DNA of 64,000 nt, from NCBI RefSeq assembly GCF_039654945.1, contig NW_027361767.1:868001-932000 (forward strand). Reading direction: 5' to 3'. The notes below the pieces were generated by a model. The model ran no database searches. It saw nothing but the letters and a program-made list of their open reading frames with translations, and was not told where the DNA came from. Within the stretch, counting starts at the first letter, position 1, and the number at the start of each line of letters is the position of its first letter. Of this stretch, positions 51,100 through 64,000 are shown one piece after another. Origin of the DNA: Dendrobates tinctorius. Taxonomy: Eukaryota. The position numbers and the translations under genes were made by a program.

Positions 51100-51900
51100 G
51101 TGAATGTGAGAGGATGGGGGTATTGTGGGGGCTAGGGAACGGGGGGGTTAATGTGAAAGGATGGGGGTATTGTGAGGCAGGGGGCACAGGGCACAGGGGG
51201 TGAATGTGAGAGGTTGGGGGTATTGTGAGGCAGGGGTGACAGGGCACGGGGGGGTGAATGTGAGAGGTTGGGGGTATTGTGAGGCAGGGTGACAGGGCAC
51301 GGGGGGTGAATGTGAGAGGATGGGGGTATTGTGAGGCAGGGGTGACAGGGCACGGGGTGAATGTAAGAGGATGGGGGTATTGTGAGGCAGGGGTGACAGG
51401 GCACAGGGGGTGAATATGAGAGGTTGGGGGTATTGTGAGGCAGGGGAGACGGGGCACAGGGGGTGAATGTGAGAGGATGTGGGTATTGTGGGGGAGGGGG
51501 AAGAGCACTGGGGGGTGAATGTGAGAGGATGGGGGTATTGTGGGGGAGGGGGACAGAGCACTGGGGGGTGAATGTGAGAGTATGTGGGTAGTGTGGGGGA
51601 GGGGGACAGAGCACTGGGGGGTGAATGTGAGAGGATGGAGGTATTGTGGGGTCAGGGGGACAGAGCACTGGGGGGTGAATGTGAGAGTATGTGGGTAGTG
51701 TGGGGGAGGGGGACAGAGCACTGGGGGGTGAATGTGAGAGTATGTGGGTAGTGTGGGGGAGGGGGACAGAGCACTGGGGGGTGAATGTGAGAGTATGTGG
51801 GTAGTGTGGGGGAGGGGGACAGAGCACTGGGAGGTGAATGTGAGAGGATGGAGGTATTGTGGGGTCAGGGGGACAGAGCACTGAGGGGTGCATATGAGAG
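51100..51900. repeat. G-rich minisatellite, about 55-62-bp units
   Basis: gggggtgaatgtgagaggatgggggtattgtgaggcaggggtgacagggcac and variants. Confidence 0.9.
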
Positions 51901-52414
51901 AATGGGCTGTTGGGGTGTGGGAGGGGGACAGGGGGGAGGTGGGGGATTTTTTTTTACTTGTGAGCTCATTAATACTTTAATAATAGATTAATATTTCAGT
52001 ATTAGTATAACAAGGTATAACAAGGGCACAGACAGACGGCCGTATAACTCATGCGAGGATCTCACTGCAATCTTCGAACTGGCCGGTACCGCTCCTGACA
52101 TGAGCGTGATGGATTACTATGCAGCTGTCACACTCAGGTGTGGAGAGCTGACGGTCAGTCCGAGGATTGCGATGCGATCCTCACAGAAGTACTTCCGTCT
52201 GTCTGCCCCCTGACAAGTATAACCATACAGTAACCACGAGCTGCATTTGATTTAATCTATTTATATAATTCCCTTGTAATGTTTTCATTTCTTGTTCTGT
52301 CCAGATGTCACCGTATCCCAGAATTCCAAGCGTAGGAAGTTCACCAACTGCCATATTGGGACACCCAAGTGATGGGTGTCTCAATATGGAAACTGCTGCT
52401 GGTACCAACCTATT

Positions 52415-52682
52415 GTGCGGTACCACCAGCGGAACACCGTCACATCATTGCACCACACACACACACACACACACACACTATATGCCATACACACCACACA
52501 CACTCTCACTCTCACACACACTCCAACACTCACACACATTCACAGTCACACACACTCTAACACACACATTCACAGTCACACTCACACACACTCATGCAGC
52601 CACTTGCGCGGTACCACCAGTGGAACACCGTACGCACCACACTCATGCAGCCACTTGCGCGGTACCACCAGCGGAACACCGT
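52415..52682. repeat. (CA)n-rich tract plus three copies of gcggtaccaccagcggaacaccgt
   Basis: Direct inspection. Confidence 0.8.
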
Positions 52683-53939
52683 CGCACTGCTCCTGCGCAA
52701 GTTTTGCACAGGCACAGTGAATTATTCAGCTGATCCCGGCGGCAGATGCGCAACGTGTCTACAGGCAGAGGAAGCCGGTCACATTAAAGGGGATTTCCCA
52801 CGAACGAAAGTTCATTTTAAAAATTGTGTCTAACCGTGTACGGAGCATACCACATCTCCTGCAAAAGATAATACTGACATTACAGCAGGGGATCACAGAG
52901 GATTATTTTTGTGAGGTAAAATATTTCACTGACTGTTGTTAAACAATATTTTACCTCACAAAATGTATCCTCTGCGATCTCCTGCTGTAATGTCAGCATT
53001 GTCTTTTGCTTCCTCCCCTGCCCAGGAGCTGTGGCATGCTCCGTACAATGTCAGACACAGGGGTGAGAGAGACAGAGCACAGTGGGGAGACAGCTCAAAC
53101 GGGACAGCACATGAGGGGAGAACACAGCACAGGAAGGAGAGAGACAGCAGACAAGGGGGATAGCACATGGGGTAGACAGGTCAAAGAAGAGAGCACAGAC
53201 AGGAGAAGTCAGCACATGGGGAAAGAGAGAGTGGATAGGTGGGTGAGCACATGGAGGGGAGAGATTCTCAACGCTGCAAAGCCTGCCCCCATCGGGACAT
53301 TACCGCCCTCCTGATGCGATAGCATCGGGCCTCCATATAGTAATTTAATAAGAAGCAATTTATTATTATTATAAAGTTATTAAAGGCTCGGGATAATTGT
53401 CTGCAGTCACTCTGAGACTACAGACCGCAAAATCATGATGGGGTGCGCCTGTTGTCACGAGACCCCAAGACCACTGGTGAAATCAGGCAGTCAAGCGACC
53501 ACGTTTGCTATTTACATGTGTCACTAGATAAGTTTGACTTCACCCAATAGAAGATAATTGGGAGAAGCCGAAAGAGTCATCACACGACCCCCTGCTCACA
53601 TCAGCGATGCTGGGGCCATTATTACTGTACATAGGGGGACTCAGTTAAATATTAAGTGGGCATTTAAGAAGCATTATTATTTACAGGGGCACCAGTAGGG
53701 TAACTACCGGGGGTTCAGATGGTGCTGAGGCGGCTGTCAGTCAGTGTTGGGGTGAGGTTATAGCCGCCACTCTCTATACACAGAGCGGTGACTGAAACCG
53801 TGCCAGTGCAACCCTTATCACTGGCAAGCTGGTGTTACTGCAGTGCTGCTGGGTCAGCTGATGTGGGTAGTGACCACTCCCATATCCTTTAAAAGGTCAC
53901 CCGATGCATCAGCTGACTGTTGGTGAACAGTTCCACTAT

Positions 53940-54400
53940 TATTTATTATTATTATACATTTTTATAGCGCGATTTATTCCATGGAGCTTTACATGTGAAA
54001 AGGGGCAAATATAGACAAGTATAATAAACATGAGCAATACAAGACACACACAAGTACAAAAGGAGAGAGGACCCTGCCCGCGAGGGCTCACAGTCTACAG
54101 GGGATGGGCGAGGATACACTAGGAGAGGGTAGAGCTGGTCGTGCAGCTGTTCAGTAGACTGAGGATCACTGCAGGTTGTAGGCTTTTCGGAAGAGGTGGG
54201 TCTTCAGGTTCTTTTTGAAGGTTCCCATGGTAGGCGAGAGTCTGATGTGTTGGGGTAGAGAGTTCCAGAGTATGCGGGAAGAGCGGGAGAGGGGAGTAGA
54301 GAAGGAGATCTTAAGAGGATCGAAGGTTGCGTGTGGGTAAGTACAGGGAGACCATGTCACAGGTGTATGGAGGAGACAGGTTGTGGATGGCTTTGTATGT
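53940..54400 (-). mobile_element. L2 3' fragment (second subfamily)
   Basis: LWNSLPQHIRLSPTMGTFKKNLKTHLFRKAY and an (ATT)n tail. Confidence 0.8.
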
Positions 54401-54990
54401 CATAGATTGGTCTCTATGGAGACCAACCTTTGCAGAAGCAGCTCTCTGGTGTCAGCCAAGTCTGGTGTTTGGAGTCCTGTTGCTGTGCTATCTGTGGTGT
54501 GGATTTAAACAGCTGTGTGCACAAGCTAAGTGTTGTTTTTTTGTTACCTTGTCCCTTTGTTGTCTGTCACTTCCCCATGTGTTTTATCTGCAAAGGTGAG
54601 GCTAGTGCTCCTTGCCAGCCAGTGCACTAGCCAGGGCAGATCTAGGTGTCAAATAGGGACGAGGTATCCTGACGTTGGCCGGGGGAAAGACCTGTATAGG
54701 GTGTTAGGTGAGAACAGGTACAGGCTCTGGGTGGAGTTCAGGAGGTGACTGTCCCTGATTCCCTATTGTCAGGGCCTTCCTCTCTCCTGTTCCATCGGCG
54801 TTGTGTTGTTGTGCCATTTGGTGACCGAACAACTGTTGGGTTGTGTCATACTGGTCAGTCACTCCGTGACAGTTGGTTTGTGACAAATTGGTACCAGCCA
54901 GAAGATCTGCGGGATCCCCTGGTTTCTTAATTACTGACAACAACTGAAACATACAAGAACTGATGTATACCAGGAACATGCCATCCTGTC

Positions 54991-56272
54991 CAATGGCGGA
55001 TCTTAATAGGGGCGGATGGGGCGGTCGCCCCGGGCCCAAGGTTTTTTGGGGGCCCAGGGCACTGGCGTAGCGTGGTGGGGGGGGCGGTCCGCCCCAGGCG
55101 GCATGTGTGTGGGGGCGGTGCGGCAGCAGCAATTCCACCCTGCAGTGCAGTGCAGCGGCGGGCAGGGAGCGATGCGATCACGGCAGCTCCGCTGCCTGCA
55201 AGAGTGAATAGCAGGAGCGGAGCGGCAAGGGTCCGTCCTGCTTCCTGCCCGGAGGCCGCGCTTCCTGTTTCACACAGAGGAGCGCCGCTGAATGACGTCA
55301 TCATTCAGCGGCCGCTGCTGTGTGAGGGAGGAAGCTCGGGCGATGCTGCGGACAGGTGAGAGGAGAGAGGTGGTGTCTTGTGTGTATGTATGTATGTCTG
55401 TGTGTGTGTGTGTATGTCTGTGTGTATGATGGAGCAGGCAATGATGGGAGTGATGGTCTAGAAGGCAGTGATGGGGTGAAGGAGCAGACAATGATGGGGT
55501 GATGGGGCAGGCAATGATGGGGGTGATGGAGCAGGCAGTGATGGGGTGATGGAGCAGGCAATGAGGGGAGTGATGGGGTGATGGAGCAGGCAATGATGGG
55601 GTGATGGAGCAGACAATGATGGGGTGATGGAGCAGGCAATGATGGGGGTGATGGAGCAGGCAGTGATGGGGTGATGGAGCAGACAATGATGGGAGTGATG
55701 GGGTGATGGAGCAGGCGGTGATGGAGCAGGCAATGAGGGGAGTGATGGGGTGATGGAGCAGGCAATGATGGGGTGATGGAGCAGACAATTATGGGAGTGA
55801 TGGAGCAGACAATGATGGGAGTGATGGGGTGATGGAGCAGGCAATGATGGGGTGATGGAGCAGACAATGATGGGGTGATGGAGCAGGCAATGATGGGGGT
55901 GATGGAGCAGGCAGTGATGGGGTGATGGAGCAGGCAATGATGGGAGTGATGGGGGTGATGGAGCAGGCAATTATGGGGTGATGGAGCAGACAATGATGGG
56001 GGTGATGGAGCAGGCAGTGATGGGGTGATGGAGCGTGATTTTGTGCGTATTGGCCGTAGGCCTACAGCTTATGTGCAACGTCTTTTTAGGCCATGTCCAC
56101 ACGTGGTGGAATGGTGGCGGGTTTTCCGTATGGACCCGCAGCGAACCAAGTGCTGCGGTCCGTACGGCTGTCAATTCCCGCACGGGGACCGCAGCGCTCA
56201 GGTGGGAAGGGGGTACAGGGGCCCAGGTTTTATGAACAGCCCCGGGCCCATAGTCCACTTAATCCGCCACTG
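54991..56272. mobile_element. Non-autonomous hAT element with 8-bp TSD, carrying a minisatellite
   Basis: ATCCTGTC-CAATGGCGGAT ... ATCCGCCACTG-ATCCTGTC; internal gatggagcaggcaatgatggggt array at 55427-56035. Confidence 0.9.
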
Positions 56273-59036
56273 ATCCTGTCATATCATGGGGATCATCCAA
56301 TAAAACCTGCTGTATACTAGAAACATCCCACAAGACCCTCCATATACCCAGAACATGCCATAAGGCTTGCTGTGTACTAGAAACACACAACATCTGCTGT
56401 TTACTGAGAACACCCCACAAGATTTGTCACATATTGTGAACATCTAACATTTGCCACGTATTGGAAACATCCCAGAAGAGCCGACATATACCCGGAACAT
56501 GCTAAAAGACCTGCTTTCTACTGGGAACACCCCACAAGATTTCTAATATACTGGAAACATCCCACAAGACGTTCTGTATACAAGGAAACCCCCACGAGAT
56601 GTGCTGTATATCCTGGAAATAACCCAAATGTCTCGTCTTATTTTGGGTATGTCCTTCAACATTTGCTGTATACTGGGAACACCCAACAAGACCTGATGGT
56701 ACTGTATATCAAGGATACCCCACAAGACCTGCCGTATACCAGGAATACCCAACTAGTCCTGCCATATATTGGGAACACCCTCCAAGACCTGACGTATACA
56801 AGGAACATCTTACCCTACAAGATATGCCGTAGACCAGGAACACTTCACAAGATCTTCCGTATACTGGGAACACCCCACAAGGCCTGCTGTATACTGGAGA
56901 CACCCCACAAGACCTGCCGTATACCGCAAACACTCCACAAGACCTACAGTATATCAGGAATACCTCACAAGACCTGCCGTATACTGGCTCCACCCCACAA
57001 GGCCTGCTCTACACCAGGAACACTCCACAAGACCTGCCATATACCAGAAACACCTTACAAGACCTTCAGTATACCAGGGAAAACCCCACAAAACCTACTG
57101 TATACCGGGAGCACCTCACAAGACCTGCTGTATGTCGGAAACACCTTACAAGACCTTCAGTATACCAGGAAAACCCCACAAGACCTGTAATATACAGGGA
57201 ACACCCCACAAGACCTGCCGTATACCAGGAACACCCCACAAGACCTGCCATATACCAGGAACACCCCACAAGACCTGTCCCATACCAGGAACACCCCACA
57301 AGACCTGCTGTATACCGCGAACACTCCACAAGACCTGCCGTATACCGTGAACACCCTACAAGACCTGCAGTATGCCAGGAACACTCCACAAGACCTGCCG
57401 TATACCAGGAACACTCCACAAGACCTGCCGTATACCGTGAACACCCTACAAGACCTGCAGTATACCAGGAACACCTCACAAGACCTGCTGTATACTGGAG
57501 ACACCCCACAAGACCTGCCGTATACCGCAAACACTCCACAAGACCTACAGTATATCAGAAATACCTCACAAGACCTGCCGTATACTGGTTCCACCCTACA
57601 CCAGGAACACTCCACAAGACCTGCCATATACCAGAAACACCTTACAAGACCTTCAGTATACCAGGGAAAACCCCACAAAACCTGCTGTATACCGGGAGCA
57701 CCTCACAAGACCTGCCGTATGTCGGAAACACCTTACAAGACCATCAGTATACCAGGAAAACCCCACATGACCTGCCATATACCAGGAACACCCCACAAGA
57801 CCTGCCGTATACCAGGAACACCCCACAAGACCTGCCGCATACCAGGAACACCCCACAAGACCTGCTGTATACCGCGAACACTCCTCAAGACCTGCCGCAT
57901 ACCGTGAACACCCTACAAGACCTGCAGTATACCAGGAACACTCCACAAGACCTGCCGTATACCAGGAAAACTCCACAAGACCTGCGGTATACCAGGAACA
58001 CCCCACAAGACCTGCTGTATACCAGGAACACTCCACAAGACCTGCCGTATACCGTGAACACCCTACAAGACCTGCAGTATACCAGGAACACTCCATAAGA
58101 CCTGCAGTATACCGTGAACACCCCACAAGACCTGCCATATACCAGGAACACTCCACAAAACCTAATGTATACCAGGAAAACTCCACAAGACCTGCCGTAT
58201 ACCGTGAACACCCTACAAGACCTGCAGTATACCAGGAACACTCCACAAAACCTGCCGTATACCAGGAACACTCCACAAGACCTGCCGTATACCAGGAACA
58301 CCCCACAAGACCTGCCGTATACCAGGAACACTCCACAAGACCGGCCTTATACCAGTAACACCCCACAAGACCTGCCGTATACCAGGAACACCCCACAAGA
58401 CCTGCCATATACCAGGAACACCCCACAAGACCTGCCATATACCAGGAACACTCCACAAGACCTGCCGTATACCAGGAACACCCCACAAGACCTGCCATAT
58501 ACCAGGAACACCCCACAAGACCTGCTGTATACCAGGAACACCCCACAAGACCTGCCGTATACCAGGAACACCCCACAAGACCTGCTGTATACCAGGAACA
58601 CCCCACAAGACCTGCCGTATACCAGGAACACCCCACAAGACCTGCTGTATACCAGGAACACCCCACAAGACCTGCCGTATACCAGGAACACTCCACAAGA
58701 CCTGCCGTATACCAGGAACACCCCACAAGACCTGCCGTATACCAGGAACACCCCACAAGACCTGCCATATACCAGGAACACTCCACAAGACCTGCTGTAT
58801 ACCAGGAAAGCTCCACAAGACCTGCTGTATACCAGGAACACCCCACAAGACCTGCTGTATACTAGAAACATCCCACAAGACCCTCCATATACCCAGAACA
58901 TGCCATAAGGCTTGCTGTGTACTAGAAACACACAACATCTGCTGTTTACTGAGAACACCCCACAAGATTTCTCACAAACTGTGACCATCTAACAACATTT
59001 GCCACATATTGGGAACATCCCAGAAGAGCCGACATA

Positions 59037-60642
59037 CAGTGGGGAAAAAAAGTATTTAGTCAGTCAGCAATAGTGCAAGTTCCACCACTTAAAAAGATGA
59101 GAGGCGTCTGTAATTTACATCATAGGTAGACCTCAACTATGGGAGACAAACTGAGAAAAAAAAATCCAGAAAATCACATTGTCTGTTTTTTTTTAATTTT
59201 CTTTGCATATTATGGTGGAAAATAAGTATTTGGTCAGAAACAAGCAATCAAGATTTCTGGCTCTCACAGACCTGTAACTTCTTCTTTAAGAGTCTCCTCT
59301 TTCCTCCACTCATTACCTGTAGTAATGGCACCTGTTTAAACTTGTTATCAGTATAAAAGACACCTGTGCACACACTCAAACAGTCTGACTCCAAACTCCA
59401 CTATGGTGAAGACCAAAGAGCTGTCAAAGGACACCAGAAACAAAATTGTAGCCCTGCACCAGGCTGGGAAGACTGAATCTGCAATAGCCAACCAGCTTGG
59501 AGTGAAGAAATCAACTGTGGGAGCAATAATTAGAAAATGGAAGACATACAAGACCACTGCTAATCTCCCTCGATCTGGTGCTCCACGCAAAATCCCACCC
59601 CGTGGGGTCAGAATGATCACAAGAACGGTGAGCAAAAATCCCAGAACCACGCGGGGGGACCTAGTGAATGAACTGCAGAGAGCTGGGACCAATGTAACAA
59701 GGCCTACCATAAGTAACACACTATGCCACCATGGACTCAGATCCTGCAGTGCCAGACGTGTCCCACTGCTTAAGCCTGTACATGTCCAGGCCCGTCTGAA
59801 GTTTGCTAGAGAGCATTTGGATGATCCAGAGGAGTTTTGGGAGAATGTCCTATGGTCTGATGAAACCAAACTGGAACTGTTTGGTAGAAACACAACTTGT
59901 CGTGTTTGGAGGAAAAAGAATACTGAGTTGCATCCATCAAACACCATACCTACTGTAAAGCATGGTGGTGGAAACATCATGCTTTGGGGCTGTTTCTCTG
60001 CAAAGGGGCCAGGACGACTGATCCGGGTACATGAAAGAATGAATGGGGCCATGTATCGTGAGATTTTGAGTGCAAACCTCCTTCCATCAGCAAGGGCATT
60101 GAAGATGAAATGTGGCTGGGTCTTTCAACATGACAATGATCCAAAGCACACCGCCAGGGCAACGAAGGAGTGGCTTCGTAAGAAGCATTTCAAGGTCCTG
60201 GAGTGGCCTAGCCAGTCTCCAGATCTCAACCCTATAGAAAACCTTTGGAGGGAGTTGAAAGTCCGTGTTGCCAAGCGAAAAGCCAAAAACATCACTGCTC
60301 TAGAGGAGATCTGCATGGAGGAATGGGCCAACATACCAACAACAGTGTGTGGCAACCTTGTGAAGACTTACAGAAAACGTTTGACCTCTGTCATTGCCAA
60401 CAAAGGATATATCACAAAGTATTGAGATGAAATTTTGTTTCTGACCAAATACTTATTTTCCACCATAATATGCAAATAAAATGAAAAAAAAAACAGACAA
60501 TGTGATTTTCTGGATTTTTTTTTCTCAGTTCGTCTCCCATAGTTGAGGTCTACCTATGATGTAAATTACAGACGCCTCTCATCTTTTTAAGTGGTGGAAC
60601 TTGCACTATTGCTGACTGACTAAATACTTTTTTTCCCCACTG
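59037..60642 (+). mobile_element. Full-length Tc1 transposon (1606 bp, TIRs of about 207 bp, TA TSD)
   Basis: TA-CAGTGGGGAAAAAAAGTATTTAGTCAG ... CTGACTAAATACTTTTTTTCCCCACTG-TA; inner direct repeat AAGTATTTGGTCAG; empty sites present in the neighbouring satellite units. Confidence 0.97.
59403..60425 (+). CDS. Tc1-family transposase, uninterrupted 340 aa, DD34E
   Basis: N-terminal paired-like HTH with RSGAPRK; [15 protein letters not shown] and [11 protein letters not shown]; 34 residues between the second D and the E. Confidence 0.96.
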   Translation: MVKTKELSKDTRNKIVALHQAGKTESAIANQLGVKKSTVGAIIRKWKTYKTTANLPRSGAPRKIPPRGVRMITRTVSKNPRTTRGDLVNELQRAGTNVTRPTISNTLCHHGLRSCSARRVPLLKPVHVQARLKFAREHLDDPEEFWENVLWSDETKLELFGRNTTCRVWRKKNTELHPSNTIPTVKHGGGNIMLWGCFSAKGPGRLIRVHERMNGAMYREILSANLLPSARALKMKCGWVFQHDNDPKHTARATKEWLRKKHFKVLEWPSQSPDLNPIENLWRELKVRVAKRKAKNITALEEICMEEWANIPTTVCGNLVKTYRKRLTSVIANKGYITKY

Positions 60643-63600
60643 TATACCCGGAACATGCTAAAAGACCTGCTTTCTACTGGGAACCCCACAAGATTTCTAA
60701 TATACTGGAAACATCCCACAAGACGTTCTGTATGCAAGGAAACCCCCATGAGATGTGCTGTATATTCTGGAAATAACCCAAATGTCTCGTCTTATTTTGG
60801 GTATGTCCTTCAACATTTGCTGTATACTGGGAACACCCAACAAGACCTGATGTACTGTATATCAAGGATACCCCACAAGACCTGCCGTATACCAGGAATA
60901 CCCAACTAGTCCTGCCATATATTGGGAACACCCTCCAAGACCTGACGTATACAAGGAACATCTTACCCTACAAGATATGCCGTAGACCAGGAACACTTCA
61001 CAAGATCTCCCGTATACTGGGAACACCCCACAAGACCTGCTGTATACTGGAGACACCCCACAAGACCAGCCGTATACCGCAAACACTCCACAAGACCTAC
61101 AGTATATCAGGAATACCTCACAAGACATGCCGTATACTGGCTCCACCCCACAAGGCCTGCTCTACACCAGGAACACTCCACAAGACCTGCCATATACCAG
61201 AAACACTTTACAAGACCTTCAGTATACCAGGGAAAACCCCACAAAACCTGCTGTATACCGGGAGCACCTCACAACACCTGCTGTATGTCGGAAACACCTT
61301 ACAAGACCTTCGGTATACCAGGAAAACCCCACAAGACCTGTAATATACAGGGAACACCCCACAAGACTTGCCGTATACCAGGAAAACCCTACAAGACCTG
61401 CCGTATACCAGGAACACCCCACAAGACCTGCCGTATACCAGGAACACCCCACAAGACCTGCCGCATACCAGGAACACCCCACAAGACCTGCTGTATACCG
61501 CGAACACTCCACAAGACCTGCCGTATACCGTGAACACCCTACAAGACCTGCAGTATGCCAGGAACAATCCACAAGACCTGCCGTATACCAGGAACACTCC
61601 ACAAGACCTGCCGTATACCAGGAACACTCCACAAAACCTAATGTATACCAGGAAAACTCCACAAGACCTGCCGTATACTGTGAACACCCTACAAGACCTG
61701 CAGTATACCAGGAACACTCCACAAGACCTGCCATATACCGTGAACACCCTACAAGACCTGCAGTATACCAGGAACACTCCATAAGACCTGCCGTATACCG
61801 TGAACACCCCACAAGACCTGCCATATACCAAGAACACTCCACAAAACCTAATGTATACCAGGAAAACTCCACAAGACCTGCCGTATACCGTGAACACCCT
61901 ACAAGACCTGCAGTATACCAGGAATACTCCACAAGACCTGCTGTATACCAGGAAAACTCCACATGACCTGCCGTATACCGTGAACACCCTACAAGACATG
62001 CAGTAAACCAGGAACACTCCACAAAACCTGCCGTATACCAGGAACACTCCACAAGACCTGCCGTATACCAGGAACACCCCACAAGACCTGTCGTATACCA
62101 GGAACACTCCACAAGATCGGCCATATACCAGTAACACCCCACAAGACCTGCCGTATACTAGGAACACCCCACAAGACCTGCCATATACCAGGAACACTCC
62201 ACAAGACCTGCTGTATACCAGGAACACCACACAAGACCTGCCGTATACCAGGAACACCCCACAAGACCTGCCGTATACCAGGAACACCCCACAAGACCTG
62301 CCGTATACCAGGAACACCCCACAAGACCTGCCATATACCAGGAACACTCCACAAGACCTGCCGTATACCAGGAACACCCCACAAGACCTGCCATATACCA
62401 GGAACACTCCACAAGACCTGCTGTATACCAGGAAAACTCCACAAGACCTGCCGTATACCAGGGACACTCCACAAGACCTGCTGTATACCAGGAAAGCTCC
62501 ACAAGACCTGCTGTATACCAGGAACACCCCAAGAGACCTGCCGTATACCAGGAACACCCCTCAAGACCTGCCGTATACCAGGAACACTCCACAAGACCTG
62601 CCGTATACCAGGAACACCCCACAAGACCTGCCGTATACCAGGAACACCCCACAAGACCTGCCATATACCAGGAACACTCCACAAGACCTGCCGTATACCA
62701 GGAACACCACACAAGACCTGCCATATACCAGGAACACTCCACAAGACCTGCTGTATACCAGGAAAACTCCACAAGACCTGCCGTATACCAGGAACACTCC
62801 ACAAGACCTGCTGTATACCAGGAAAGCTCCACAAGACCTGCTGTATACCTGGAACACCCCACAAGACCTGCTGTATACTAGAAACATCCCACAAGACCCT
62901 CCATATACCCAGAACATGCCATAAGGCTTGCTGTGTACTAGAAACACACAACATCTGCTGTTTACTGAGAACACCCCACAAGATTTCTCACATACTTTGA
63001 CCATCTAACAACATTTGCCACATATTGGGAACATCCCAGAAGAGCCGACATATACCCGGAACATGCTAAAAGACCTGCTTTCTACTGGGAACACCCCACA
63101 AGATTTCTAATATACTGGAAACATCCCACAAGACGTTCTGTATACAAGGAAACCCCCACGAGATGTGCTGTATATCCTGGAAATAACCCAAATGTCTCGT
63201 CTTATTTTGGGTATGTCCTTCAACATTTGCTGTATACTGGGAACACCCAACAAGACCTGATGTACTGTATATCAAGGATACCCCACAAGACCTGCCGTAT
63301 ACCAGGAATACCCAACTAGTCCTGCCATATATTGGGAACACCCTCCAAGACCTGACGTATACAAGGAACATCTTACCCTACAAGATATGCCGTAGACCAG
63401 GAACACTTCACAAGATCTTCCGTATACTGGGAACACCCCACAAGACCTGCTGTATACTGGAGACACCCCACAAGACCTGCCGTATACCGCAAACACTCCA
63501 CAAGACCTACAGTATATCAGGAATACCTCACAAGACCTGCCGTATACTGGCTCCACCCCACAAGGCCTGCTCTACACCAGGAACACTCCACAAGACCTGC

Positions 63601-64000
63601 CATATACCAGAAACACCTTACAAGACCTTCAGCATACCAGGGAAAACCCCACAAAACCTGCTGTATACCGGGAGCACCTCACAAGACCTGCTGTATGTCG
63701 GAAACACCTTACAAGACCTTCAGTATACCAGGAAAACACCACAAGACCTGTAATATACAAGGAACACCCCACAAGACCTGCCGTATTCCAGGAACACCCC
63801 ACAAGACTTGCCGTATTCCAGGAACACCCCACAAGACCTGCCGCATACCAGGAACACCCCACAAGACCTGCTGTAAACCGCGAACACTCCACAAGACCTG
63901 CCGTATACCGTGAACACCCTACAAGACCTGCAGTATGCCAGGAACACTCCACAAGACCTGCCGTATACCAGGAACACTCCACAAGACCTGCTGTATACTG

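Larger units (their letters stand above)
54950..64000. repeat. 30-bp satellite with higher-order units of about 2.4-2.5 kb; continues past the window end
   Basis: Monomer accaggaacaccccacaagacctgccgtat; diverged marker block actagaaacatcccacaagaccctcc recurs at 56316, 58861 and 62877. Confidence 0.95.

Noticed and set aside
51035-51893. Pro/His-rich ORFs (also at 55270-55993)
   Set aside because: Translations of G-rich minisatellites.
56543-64000. Many long ORFs (up to 449 aa) with decapeptide repeats such as CSWYTAGLVG and PQDLPYTRNT
   Set aside because: By-products of a stop-poor 30-bp satellite; they overlap in several frames on both strands and have no splice or domain support.

Overview
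Repeat-rich vertebrate genomic DNA, most likely from a neobatrachian frog (inferred from the Tc1, L2, T2/Kolobok, hAT and Harbinger MITE families and the frog-like gene sequences). Three spliced housekeeping genes lie head-to-tail on the minus strand, and their exons can be rebuilt from GT-AG sites with frame-consistent phases: GTF2F1/RAP74 (13 coding exons, 524 aa), YJU2B/CCDC130 (9 coding exons, 366 aa) and a SURF4-family gene (6 coding exons, 269 aa; probably a paralogue outside the surfeit cluster). The rest is mostly transposon and tandem-repeat DNA. This includes a Gmr1-like SCAN-gag LTR element, nested Tc1 relics, many MITEs with recognisable target-site duplications, a 3.1-kb L2 LINE inside an apparently inverted minisatellite block, solo LTRs, and a 30-bp satellite with about 2.4-2.5-kb higher-order units that carries an intact DD34E Tc1 transposon. 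I found no tRNA, rRNA or CRISPR features and no convincing wholly new biological system. The best leads are the intact Tc1, the minisatellite-mediated inversion, a dense cluster of ZNF143/THAP11-type motifs in YJU2B intron 1, and the SURF4 paralogue. All coordinates were counted by hand, and the ends of decayed elements are approximate.
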